DNA of 64,000 nt from Veleropilina oligotropha (lineage: Eukaryota), in contig JBEUKZ010000082.1 in the NCBI GenBank assembly GCA_048128005.1, positions 62,001 through 126,000 of the forward strand, given 5' to 3'. The notes under the pieces were generated by a model. It searched no databases, was not told the origin of the DNA, and was given only the letters and a program-made list of their open reading frames with translations. The translations under genes were made by a program, and so were the position numbers. This document shows, piece by piece, positions 50,508 through 63,100 of the stretch (positions within the stretch are counted from its first letter, which is position 1; the number at the start of each line of letters is the position of its first letter).

Positions 50508-51476
50508 GTAAAATAGATCAGTGTAGGAATACATTTATTCGAGACTAAAAATGGCGGAGTTATCTCCCTTACACTGTTAGTTCGATATCGTGCATATTAA
50601 TTTTCTAACGCAAAATCACTAGTAAGCTACGTGCTAAGCTTTAGTCTAGAGCATTTTACTTAGTTACAGAGTAATGGCATATTTATTACCATCTCATTGA
50701 CCATTAATATTGATTATTCATGTATTGCTTCCTATTATCAGATTATAGCATGCTTTCAACAGATGGCATACCGGTAGCTCGCCTGAACCAATTTTATATT
50801 AGAACGATCACGCCAATTGATAATAGGGATATTTTATGAAATTGACATAATTATTCCTATAGCAAAAGTTGAACTGTGTTCCTTTGTGTTGGAACCGCAC
50901 AATTTACGTTTGACGATTAGTTTACACAATATTTTATTTCCATTCAATTCATATGGAATTGGGATTAATCTCTTAATTGAGTCAATAGCAAGAACAGATA
51001 CAACGTTCATTTAATGCTTTAATAATAGATCCAAATTTTTAGTTTAACTAGCATGACAAGAAATAACATTTTAATATTATAATCACTTCGCTTTGTCAGA
51101 TAATTGACATCAATTGCAATGTTCTACATGGGTTATGCCGTACCATGCATGATACAATAAAGAGAGGCTCAGAGTCAGAGCCATGTTTAGGAATCTACGT
51201 CAAATACTTCCAATATAAATTTAATTAAGTGCGTCACAGACTAGTGACCAATTTATAAATAATTATATCTGTCTGTTACTGTAAATCATATTTTTAAATG
51301 ATGTTCAATATATCAAATTTAAATAACAACGATAAAACATTACAAACAAGTAAGTTGAGAGTGGTAAATTCAATATCATTATTTTTTCTTTAATTTAATA
51401 GATATGACAAATTAAATAACCAGTCCTTCCGGTTGAGAATGGTAAATTCAATATCATTATTTTTCCTTTAATTTAA

Positions 51477-51821
51477 AGAGACTATTGCCCGTAAATGCGC
51501 TCTTTCTTTTTTAAAAAGAAAACTAACAGCATTACTTTTTGTTTATAACATAAAAAGTTAGGAATTTTCAACATTCAACTTTGGTCAGTAATTTGCTACC
51601 GTTTAAATTACTAGTAATCTCTACTGAATATTTAAAAATAATAAAACGCGGGCCGCGTTTAATTGCCTCGCACCGAGTTCATTTCCAATTGACCTAGTTG
51701 GAGCACAGTTGCGTTGGTTTCTGCTCGTCAAGTAAGATAGCTTTCTACTTGACAATAACATATATTGCCCAGTTACAATAATAATTTCAATAAAAGTCTA
51801 TCATTTGATCATATATCGATC
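51477..51821. mobile_element. Kolobok-like element copy B (truncated), in the SAM-gene intron
   Basis: TTAA plus left TIR; collinear with copy A without its insertions. Confidence 0.85.
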
Positions 51822-52410
51822 GTACCTTGAGAAAGATTCCAAGAGAACGAGAGAATCTCGACAGAAAGATTTAAGCGCAACCAGACGTCGGGAGGCAGAA
51901 AATAAAAGAAGACAACGTCAGAATCTGCGAGATGCCGCACGGGTTACGCCAAATGACTTAGTTGGTTGGTTTGGATGTTTTGAACTTTTTTCTAGTTATA
52001 TATATATATATCGCAGTCAGGTCCCAGAGTTTTACGTCTCTATATGACATATGTCCGAAGATTCACTGATCACGTGTCGTCGGGCTAAAGCCGTTTGCAA
52101 CCCCCTGTAACACAAAATGGTGATATGCTTAGTAGATAAATATTTGGTAATGAACGTGATAATCAAATCGCACAGATATAGGATAGGCTCCAAATAAACT
52201 GCCAGATGATGTGGTTGGATAGGTATAGTGCCTGTAGGTGTCCAAGCTAACAAATTAAAGCATTCATAGTCTATGAATGCATTAAATTGTCGCACTGTGG
52301 AGCACTGATATACAGACGGTCAATTTCACTTCGTAATTACACTGGTTACATATTGTCATTAAGTTTCATGCTTTAGTGACATAAATTAATAATTTCAGCA
52401 GAGGGAGGGA

Positions 52411-52663
52411 GGAATGATGCTTAATGTCCTGTATATTTACAACATCGAGGTTCAAGGCAGGACATGCCCGTGTTATCGCGGGAGGAAACCCTGGTCGCCC
52501 GGGTAAACCCGCCCTCTTCGGCCAGTCGCGGACAACTGTGATTCATAACTTGAACAAATGTCAGTGCCTCAGCCAGGTATTGAACCCACTACTGTTCGCA
52601 TTAGCGGAATCAAGCCAGTGAAGTTAGAATGGACACTCTACCCACTGCGCTGCCGAAGCGGCC
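52411..52663 (-). mobile_element. Representative copy of an abundant tRNA-derived SINE family
   Basis: Shared body ATGTCCTGTATATTTACAAC...GGAGGAAAGCCCGG...GGACAACTGTGATTCATAACTTGAAC and a GGTTC(G/A)A B-box. Other copies lie at about 4926-5117+7916-7980, 13690-13880, 19887-20112, 24611-24875, 34495-35541, 37865-38015 and 58943-59163. Confidence 0.85.
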
Positions 52664-52940
52664 TTCAGCAGAGTCTGCATCATGTCAAGTATGAATGGGG
52701 TACAATAACCTACTAAAACTGCGAGCCCTGTGACAGGATGTTAAGAGAAATATGAAATTAAGCTTTTGATGTGCTAAAGTAGATCATAAAATTTAAAACA
52801 TAATTGTGGAAAACTAAGTTATATGCTGAACGCACCTATTCTAATCCATCTCAAAATTTAAGCACGGTTTGAACCGTGATCCGTGTTTGGATGGGTGAGC
52901 ATTCCGGAATCTTATGCGGCATGACTGGAATAGGTTTAAA

Positions 52941-53266
52941 CAGGGTTTGCACAGGTCCTTGAAAGTCATGAAATTGCATTGATGCTCTTTCAAGGCCCTT
53001 GAAGTCATGGAAAATATGGTATTTGGGCAGAAAGTTTTGGAAAAGTCATTGTTGTTATCTGACTAATATGTGTCTCTGTGGTGGTTGGATAAATTTGTTT
53101 AGCTCTAGTAAAAATAAAATGGAGCGCGGACTTAGCAGGGTTTGGCTTAGGGTTACCTTTGAACTATTCCGTATTCAGCGAGATACCCTTGATATTCGGA
53201 AATTAGTCCTTGAAAGGGTCCTTAAAAGTCATGGAAATTTGTCATGGGAAATCTGTATGAACCCTG
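52941..53266. mobile_element. MITE with 6-bp TSD
   Basis: TIRs CAGGGTTTGCACAG and CTGTATGAACCCTG; TSD TTTAAA. Confidence 0.85.
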
Positions 53267-54246
53267 TTTAAATGCTCACACTGATCTATAACTGGGCAGG
53301 TTTTCCCACGTGGCAGGGATTTCCTGCCATCATGATAATATGGACATGTCCTGTTGAGACTCGACAAAGTGTTAAATACAAAATTAAGAAACAATTCAAA
53401 ATGTTGAAGAACAAATTTGACAGTCTCATGACCATCACCAAAATTGGCCATTGCATTCGGGCGTTCAATAGCCAGTTATAGTTGACCACATCACCATTAT
53501 TGCAGATTGTTACATGAACTGGTATTTTCACACATTGTCATTGGCTAAAAGTCGATCATGTGACATTGGTTATGACGTTATGTTCGTGTTGTGTCAGTTC
53601 AATATAACGCATCCGTTGACCTGTTCAATTCTAATTGGCCAGAAGATGGTTACGTGATCGCTCGCCAGGTTAATATAATGAATCCTTTGACTTGTTCTGT
53701 TCCTATTGGCTAAAAGGTGAATCCGTTGATTTGTTCTGCTCTTATAGTCTAGAAGTAAATATTTGTTAATGAGGGAATGGTGATTATTTGACGTCATATA
53801 ACAATATAATTATTGTCTGTTATTTCGGTGAATATAATGATTTATCCACCTTGGAAAGTGACATTCACCTCGGCTTCGGCTCGGTGAATATCACATTCCT
53901 TTGTGGATAAATCATTATATTCACCAAAAAAACAGTCAATAATTGTATAATACCATCGATTCCATGTAGTTGTCTTCCACGAACACAACATCAGGGGTCT
54001 TTCGTTCAATGTCTTCATAGATTCCTTAATACGAGGACCACTGCACTCAAGAACATAGAATCCATTTCAAGATTAAATCAACTCACTGCACTTGGAATTT
54101 GTAGAACTTTGTTAGTTTCTCAAACCACCTTCGGCTGAACATGCATGCGTGCTTTTCACAATGCCTTTTAGATGCTGATAAGGAAAAAAGTTAGTTCTGT
54201 CGAATTCTTAAAATATTTTATATCGCTTTGTATTTTATATTTTCAG

Positions 54247-55103
54247 AGAAGCAAGTGACGGGAGATATGCTCATTGAATTCTGCGAGGCTGACATACAGG
54301 ACGTGTTCGTGCAGTTTTCGGACAGATTTAAAATCCGCAAATTGATACGTTCTGTCCCGAAATCTGCACAAGACGATTCGACCCCCGAGCCTCTTCCAGC
54401 TGTCGCGCATTCTTACCCACTTCAGATAAGCAATGTGTTATCTCAGTCTCTCCTGGAAGATCATGTAAAAAGTGAGTTTACATTTGACAACGTCCACACA
54501 TCAACAAAAATGGTTTCCTCGTCCATGTCGCCTTCACCACATGCCACTTCCCCGTCCAATCCAACTTCTTCGTATAACCGTCCACCCAGCAGCTGCTATA
54601 CAGCTATAACTTTATCGGACGATGACCAGGATGACATGAAGGAGGAGTCGTCCAACTTGAATTGCTATGGTGACAGTTCTTATCCAATCAGAGGGCCAGG
54701 TTCTGCAGTCGTGCCAAGTGGCGACAACATTAAATTATTAGCGTGTACGTATTCTACAATCGAGCTACTTGCAAGAAAGGAGCACCGTGGAAAACCAACC
54801 GAAGCACAGAAGCTGGGGCAGATTATATTGCGGGATTGCGCCCGTATCGTGGATATTTGGGAATCACCGCCATTGTTTAATACAATTTCTATTGAAAAAA
54901 GAGAACAGTTTTTTCAACACATCAATCAAATCGCTCCGCAGCTTGTGTCAAGTAAACGTGAAGTTTGGCTAAGGTTGCGAGAGGCACTGCAGAACAGACG
55001 GAATTATCTACTCGCAAAACAAGAACGTAAAAAGAGAAGTCACGATAAGGAGGACCAGAGCGGCAGTGGGGTCAAAGTTCACTGTCAGAATAGCATGTTA
55101 TAG
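54247..55103 (+). CDS. Exon 2 of the SAM-domain protein: SAM C-terminal half, Ser/Pro/acidic linker, helical (BEN-like?) domain, basic tail
   Basis: tttcag acceptor; G+AG gives Glu. EKQVTGDMLIEFCEADIQDVFVQFSDRFKIRKLI matches the SAM pattern. The frame stays open for 284 codons. Confidence 0.8.
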
Positions 55104-55745
55104 TTACTATTTTTGAACGAAATAGTCACATAACATGTTATGTTGATGTCAGGCAACAATAACACATACCAAGTGAAGGATATTGTGGATTACGTCATCT
55201 TTGGTGTTATGCTTTTCGTCATCGTTGGTATTATACTTTTCATCATCGTTGGTATTATACTTTTCATCGTTGGTATTGTACTTTGTTACTCTTATACTTT
55301 TGTTTATCGTGATTGTCATATTACGTACTTTTCATGTCCATCAACAAACTTGCCAATGTTGTCTGAACGTTTTTTGTCCTTTTTATGCATGTTATTGGGT
55401 CATATTAAAAATAACAGCAGACAACTTAGACTGATATTTCCTATTTATATGTCACATGATATTGGCTGATAATCAGAACAACATAAAAAGTACAATTCAT
55501 TTTGTACAACATGCCAAAATGTGCCTCAAACTTAATGGCACACGTTTCAATATTATGTTTGAAAATGTTTCAATGGCTGAAGTATATTCCTTGATTTTCG
55601 CTGCATCTTTAAATTTGACCAAGGCCCTAAAGATTTTGGAGAAAGCTACCACACTTATGATACTTATGTCCCAATTAATAGTTTAGCGGCATAGAAACTC
55701 TATATTTCAATGTGTCTGTCCTCAAATTTTGGATGTCACTCTTAA

Positions 55746-56218
55746 AGAGACTATTGCCAGTAAATGCGCTCTTTCGCACGAGTTGTCCTGACACCACCTA
55801 TCGCCTGGTTCGCGCAGATTGATACAAATTGCGCGAAGATATGATCGATATATGATCAAATGATAGACTTTTATTGAAATTATTATTGTACTGTAACTGC
55901 TTTTATTGAAATTATTATTGTACTGTAACTGGGCAATATACGTTATTGTGAAGTAGAAAGCTACCTTCCTTGATGAGCAGAAACTAACGCAATTGTGCTC
56001 CAACCAGGTCAATTGGAAATGAACTCTGTGCGAGGTAATTAAATGCGGACCGCGTTTTATTATTTTTAAATATTCAGTAGCGATTAATTTAAACGGTAGC
56101 AAATTACTGACGAAAGTTGTGTTGAAAATTCCTAACTTTTTATGTTATAAACAAAAAGTGTAATGCTGTTAGTTTTCTTTTTCAAAAATTCAGAGCGCAT
56201 TTACGGGCAATAGTCTCT
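55746..56218. mobile_element. Kolobok-like element copy C (complete, opposite orientation)
   Basis: Both TIRs and TTAA flanks are present. There is an internal duplication of about 32 bp near 55869-55931. Confidence 0.9.
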
Positions 56219-56879
56219 TTAATTTGAATTTATTGTCACGTGTTGACATCTTTGGTCAAATTGGGGCATGGCCATATTATCGTGAGATGTATTCCTGGAA
56301 TATTCACTGTATCCCACGTTTTGCAATTTGTCTTTTAATTATCAGAGCACTTCTGAAAACGTTTTGCAAATGGCGCGCAACCTTGTTAGGTGACTCACGG
56401 CACGACCAAAATGGCGGACGATCGAATGGCTGTGAATAAAGTAGGGACTGTCAAATTTATTTTTCAACTTGGGAGGCATTTAGGAGCAACATACTAATTA
56501 TATTCTGAGGCTTAATCCAAATAATATAAATAGAGAAGAAAATGCGTTCAGTAAGGAACATTCATCGTGCAAAGCCCGTTTGACAAATGATTTGCTGGAA
56601 AATGTCTTATAGGTCAGACCGTCTTATAATTAAAAAATATATAAAAGAAATTGTACCTGCCCGACCTTGGGCACACCTAACGCATGGACTGAAATTCTCC
56701 CTGAGAGAGTTGATACCGTATACAAAGAACGAAAAGGCCCTTGCCTGAGAGGTATTCGTCTGGTAACTTGCAAAGTCAAGAGTGGATCGATACACTGACC
56801 CCAAACTCTTAGTTTTACTATTGAACCGAGTCATAATTAAATGCCCATTTACGGGATATATTATGTATTCACCCATGAT

Positions 56880-57920
56880 GAGCGGGCGGATAGAAGTTGG
56901 CCGCTCAATAACTGGAGTGTGACAGTCAGCGTCATCGGACCTTTAGAACTAGAGTTATGGCTCTTGAAATATGCAAATTGACATAAGGCAGTGTCTGCTC
57001 AATAAATCAAGCAAATTTTATTCATTTTTCACCAAACTTGGTAAAGATGCTTGTAGCGATATTATCTAGGCCAAGTTCCATAGCCGGTGTCATCGGACCA
57101 TTAGAACTAGAGTTAAGGCCCTTGAATTATGTAAAATTGATATGTCCACTCGATAACCAGAGTAATTTGTATTCATTATTCACCAAACTTGGTAAAGATG
57201 TTTGTACCGATAATATCTAGGTCAATTTCGATAGACAACGTCATCGGAACGTTAGAACCAGAGTTATCCCTCTTGAAATATGCAATGCACAGTGTCCACT
57301 CGATAACTCGAGCAATTTGTATTCATTCTTCACCAAACTTTGTAAAGATATTTGTACCGATAATATCTTGGTCAAGTTTGATAGCCAGCGTCATCGGACC
57401 GTTAGAACTTGAATTATGTAAATTTGACAAATGCGCTCGATAACGTGAGGAATTTTTAGTCATTCTTCACCAAACTTTGTAAAGTTGTTTGTACCGATAA
57501 TATCTTGGTCAAGTTCGATAGACAACGTCATCGAACCGCTAGAATTAACCCTAGTTATCCCCCTTGAAATATTCAAAATTGACATAATACACAGGGTCCA
57601 CTCGATAACTTGACCAATTTGTATTCATTCTTCACCAAACATGGTAAAGATGCTTGTAGCGATAATATCTACGTCAAGTTCGATATCCAATGTTATCCCC
57701 CTTGAAATTTAACTGAGAAGTTTTAATATGCCTTAGTATTGAGCATTATGCATTAACATTCTTTCTTTGATTACAAATAGAATTTTAGAAGAGTAAGTTT
57801 GTTTGTTTGTTTTGTTTACAAATATACTAGTATATATTATGTGTGTACAATGGTAAATGACGTGCTTATCTGTAAGACTTGCTCACTGCCAATAGGCACA
57901 TTAAGCTGTTAAGCTTTAAC
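56880..57920 (+). mobile_element. HINE-like element with about 5 degenerate tandem units of 145-150 bp
   Basis: Repeated TTCACCAAACTTGGTAAAGATG...GTCATCGGACC.TTAGAAC. A related older copy lies at about 10650-11150. The terminal module is shared with about 1122-1180. Confidence 0.7.
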
Positions 57921-60104
57921 TGGTCAGTCTGTGAAGCTGGGATTTCAAAATTGCCTTCCCATTGGTTCATTCCAATGGTATCTTGAAACTGGTTTTAAAA
58001 CAATATAACAAAAAAATTCGTTAATAATTATATAATTGTTTTGTGGTATAAATATATCAACAAGAGTTCAAATGACATCAAATTGATTAGTTTTGCATCG
58101 TAATGACATTGCTGGTGTTAAAAATATTGATAATGCTTTGTTTGTGTTTCTCAAAATATGTTTAAGGGATAACATACATGTGTCGGATATGAGCAATTTT
58201 AGCAATGTTCCCCTGCGACTTGGCCTTAATAGTTTTAGTCTGAATATATGCTTTAAAGCATATATTCAGACTGCGATAAAAATGGAAACTTGATAACAGT
58301 GGTCACAAGGCAACGTTGTCAACCACGTACACCATAATCTTAACTTCTAGCTTCTTAATTATTTCTATTGTCTTACTTCTAGATCTTCTAACGTCTTTCT
58401 TCGAACGTCATTCTTTTAACTTCTTACTTCTAACTTACTACCCCACTGAGTACGTCATACTTCTTGCTTCTTACTTAGGTCGACATTGAGTGCCATTCTC
58501 TAAGGTTTGGTGTCACATATTACCATATTGAAGCAATAGGTTACATATATGTATATTTTAATACCTGACCTGTAATGACCAAGACATGCAGCCAATTTCA
58601 CAAATGACTGAAAATAACACTTTACGATATATTTCAGAATTAGGGGTAGGGTAAACATTTTGGCTTATATCTTGCTGAATTATCAAGCAAATTATATGTA
58701 GAGAGAGAGAAATGTAATTTTAGTGAGTCGCGAACTGTGAAACGGAAGTCAAAATCTAATAATGTATACTAAAATAGACTAATATATTTACGCGGAGTCA
58801 TTCTACTAGTATGCAGACGTTCACGCTGGTCAGTTTTGGCATCAAATTAATATGTCCGTATTGAAGCATTAGGCAAGCAAGCAATATGTTTATTTTAAGC
58901 ATAGAAAAATATCATGATATATTAGGCTTCTCAACCACAGAGACCGCTTCGACAGTTGTGTGATTTCCATTGTAGACTTCGAAAAATCACTGGCTTGAGA
59001 CCGCTGACACGAACAGTAGTGGGTTCGAACCTCGATTGGGACATGAAATTATTTGTTCAAGTTATGAATCACAGTATTGTTGTCAGTAATTGGTCGCCGT
59101 CGTAGAGGGTGGGTTTCCCCGGGCGACTGGGCTTTCCTCTCGCGATAATATGGACATGTCCTGCGTTGGCCTTGATGCGCTTCGATGGTTGGAAAGTCAA
59201 CTTGTTAAAATTTGAAGAATTGCCAAAATTCAAGTGCTAGTCGAAGGAGCATCACAAGACTTGAACGTTGAAGTCCCGTGTAAATTTTGTTATGAAAGCA
59301 AACCACTGTGCTAGGGTCCCTTAAGATCTATAAACATGAAGTTAGGTGGCACTCAGGAAACTTGCGTGGACAAGTATTTTGGACATATTTAAGGTTTTCA
59401 CATAATAATGATAGTGTAAAATTTTATGCGTCTTCTATAAGCTGTGACATATAGTTGCTGATGTGTTGAAATTTGCTTGAGTCGTCAATCAGACATATTA
59501 CCTGATAATTTGAACCCTAACCAGTTGACCAGAGTGACATTAGACACTGAATACAGTCTACTCTTGTATTATGGCAAAATTATACTGCCATTTCAAGATA
59601 CCATTGGAATGAACCAATGGGAAACCAGTTTTGGCAGATATCCAGTCATATCACACTCAAGATGACACGTTTAAGATCATAACCGAACAGAAAACATATA
59701 TAGGATGTGCCCCCCCACCCTAAAAACATTACTCATGCTGTTTGGTGGAAATGGGACAACATATAGATTTTTTACTCTCAGAATGCAAGAGATGGGGGGG
59801 GGGTTCACACATAACTTTAATTGTCGAATTTTCTTCTGCGTGGGAGAGTGGGGACAGTTGATAGTCTATTAAACACATTTGGACGCCCATTAGAAAATCT
59901 GGATCCACCCTTAATTATATCTACTATAAAATTCCCGAATATTTTCAATATGTGATGGATGAATTCTATTCGTCAACTTTCATCAATTTTCTTGTTTTCT
60001 TAAACTAACTGCCCATTGAATTGTCTCGCTAGACTGACAAATATGGCATGCCCTTCATGTAATACTGGCGTAAGACTTAACTTAAAGTCCGGACTGCATT
60101 ATAA

Positions 60105-63100
60105 AAGGCTAGAGAGGATGACTGGGTAGACAACAAACCTGTTTTCCGATAATTATGGGATTAAAAATTATACAATGGAACGTCAGAGGAGTCAGGGCTA
60201 ACAAAGCCGAATTAGAATTATTAATCAACAGTTCAAAACCCGATGTAATATGCTTACAGGAAACTCTACTAACCAAATCCGCCAAATTCAGCTTACACGG
60301 ATACACCACACTGCGTAAAGACTTTCCAAAGGGAAATAACACGCCATCACGCGGATTAGCTATTTGCGTAAAAAATAATTTACAGTATCGCGAATTCAAT
60401 TTAAACTTAGCTACACTCAATGGTAACAGTATACAAATATACTATGAAAACAAAACCCTCAGAATCATTAACCTATATCGGAATCAAGAACATAGCGCCC
60501 AACAACTAAAAGACGACTTAGATATTTTAACCGCTAATCATAACGATAAAACCATTATAGTAGGAGACTTAAACTCACACAATCCCTTGTGGGGGAGCGA
60601 CAGAACCACCCCACACGGCACAAATGTAATAGATTTTGCAGCGGAAAATAGTTTCGTAATTTTAAACGACCCCCATTGCGGTACTAGATATAATCCGATT
60701 AATCAAACTCACTCAATGATCGATTTATCCATCGCGTCCGACACAATTGCTCACAAATGTCACTGGTACGTCCATAACAACCTCATGGGAAGTGACCATT
60801 ACCCGATTCTCACGGAAATAGACATAGCGCCTGATATAGAAAACGAAGAGCATGAACCTAAATGGAACTTTAGGAAAGCTGATTGGAAAAGTTTCCATGA
60901 CGAATGTCTCAACATAAACAAAGACGAAATTTTCGATAACGATATAGAAGCATTTAATGAAAATTTTGTTAACAGCATCATATTAATAGCGGATAAACAT
61001 ATTCCAAAAACGGACATAAGAAAGGACGACAAAATCCCAGTTCCGTGGTGGAACGATAAATGCAAACAAGCACTCAAAAACCGTAAAAAAATGCTCACTA
61101 GAAGTAGACGAACTAATAGCCCGGCAGATATAGAAGCTTACAAATCAGCCAAATCATCAGCTAGAAAAGTAATTAAAGAAGCAAAAAGAGATAACTGGCA
61201 AGAATATTGCACAACATTAAATGATAGATCAGATAGCAGAAAAGTTTGGAGCAAAATTCATAAAATTAATGGGAAGAAAACAAGACACCGAATCCCAACA
61301 CTAGGCCAAACCATACTAGCAAAAAGTAATAAACAGAAAGCAGAAATGCTAGCCAAAAGTTACGCGCAAGTGAGCAGCACCCGTAACTACAACCGTCAAT
61401 TTTTAGACCAAAAAGACGAGCGCGAAACCGCCTTCCGCAATGAACCGAAAGCATTAAACGACCTGACAAATCCCCTAAATTACCCATTTTCAATGATAGA
61501 GCTAACAGAAGCATTCGCCCATAAAAAGGGAACGTCAACTGGGCAGGATAAGGTTAGCTACGAAATGTTCAAACACATGCCCGTAAATACGTTAGAATTA
61601 ATTCTACTTCTTTTTAACGCCACTTGGGAAAAGGGAGAACTCCCGAAACCATGGAAACGGGCCGAAATCATTCCCATATTGAAACCAAACAAAGACCCAA
61701 ATGATCCAAAATCATATAGGCCGATATCATTAACATCTAACCTATGCAAAACACTAGAAATCATGATTAACAAAAGAATAGTATATCATCTAGAGAAAAA
61801 CAATTTAATTAACCCGAACCAAAGCGGTTTTAGGAAAAATAGACAGACAACAGATCAATTGGTAAGACTGGAAAATGACATTAGAAAAGGATTCATCCAA
61901 AATAGAAAAACACTAGCAGTCTTCATAGATTTCGAAAAAGCATACGACATGATTTGGCATGAAGGGCTCAAGGAAAAAATTAAAAACTTAGGTATTACAG
62001 GCAGGATGCTAAATTGGATAGGTAATTTTTTGGAAGATAGGAAAATAAATGTAAGAGTCGAAAACTCAAGATCGGAAGATTACGATCTAGAAAACGGTAC
62101 GCCACAAGGTAGTGTAATCAGTCCAACTCTTTTCAACATAATGATTAATGACTTAGATAAAACTCTGATAGAAAACAAAACGACAAAATCATCATTGTTT
62201 GCAGATGATAGCGCGATATGGAACTCGAGTAAAAATGTTAAAAAACTAGAAGACAAAATGAACGAAAACCTTAAACTAATTCATAAATGGTCAAACGAAT
62301 GGGGATTTAAAATATCCGAATCAAAAACGGTAGGAGTACTCTTTTCTAAAGGTAGACAGTACATTAAACCTACATTAATACTGAATAACAAGCAATTGAA
62401 AATTGAAGACAGAGCTACATTCCTAGGAATGACATTTGATCGTAAATTAACTTGGCATGCCCACATTAACCAACTCATCAATAATTGCAATAAAATGCTC
62501 AACCTCATGAGATGCGTCTCTGGTAACGACTGGGGAGCAGATAGACAAACTTTATCACTTCTATATAAAGCCTTAATTATGTCGAGAATAGACTACGGCT
62601 GTCAGGCATACGGTTCAGCTAAACCACATCTTTTAAAGAAAATAGAGAAAATTCAAAACCAAGCCTTAAGAATAATTACAGGAGCATTTAAATCAACTCC
62701 AATAGCCAGTCTTGAAGTAGAAGCAAATATCAAACCCCTGGAACTACGTAGGAAAGAAATGACGCTTAACTACTGGGCCAAAACTAAATCTCAAGTAGAA
62801 ACCAATCCCGCGGCTAAATTAGACACTAACTGCAATGCATTCCAAAAAATAGAATACAATAAACGGTACGTAGATCGACCACCGTACGGATTGATAACAC
62901 GAAGATACAATCAAGAACTAAAACTCGATAAATTAAATATTGCTCAAAACAGACCTGCAGATAAACCGCCTTGGCAACATAACCCTGTTAAATCATCAAT
63001 ACAACTTAGTCACATGATAAAGAAGGACGAGCCAGCTCTAAATATAAAAGCCACGACTCAAGCTTTCATAGATGAAAAATGGAATGGATATTTAAAAGTT

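Noticed and set aside
51805..52047. Arg/Glu-rich ORF as an extra exon of the SAM gene
   Set aside because: It begins inside a truncated transposon, has no good acceptor, and would interrupt the SAM domain.
55140..55469. Hydrophobic ORF resembling a membrane protein
   Set aside because: It is produced by a ~21-bp T-rich tandem repeat in the probable 3' UTR of the SAM gene.
58330..58480. Low-complexity CTT/ACTT tract as a functional element
   Set aside because: It looks like a degenerate simple repeat or retroelement tail, with no further support.
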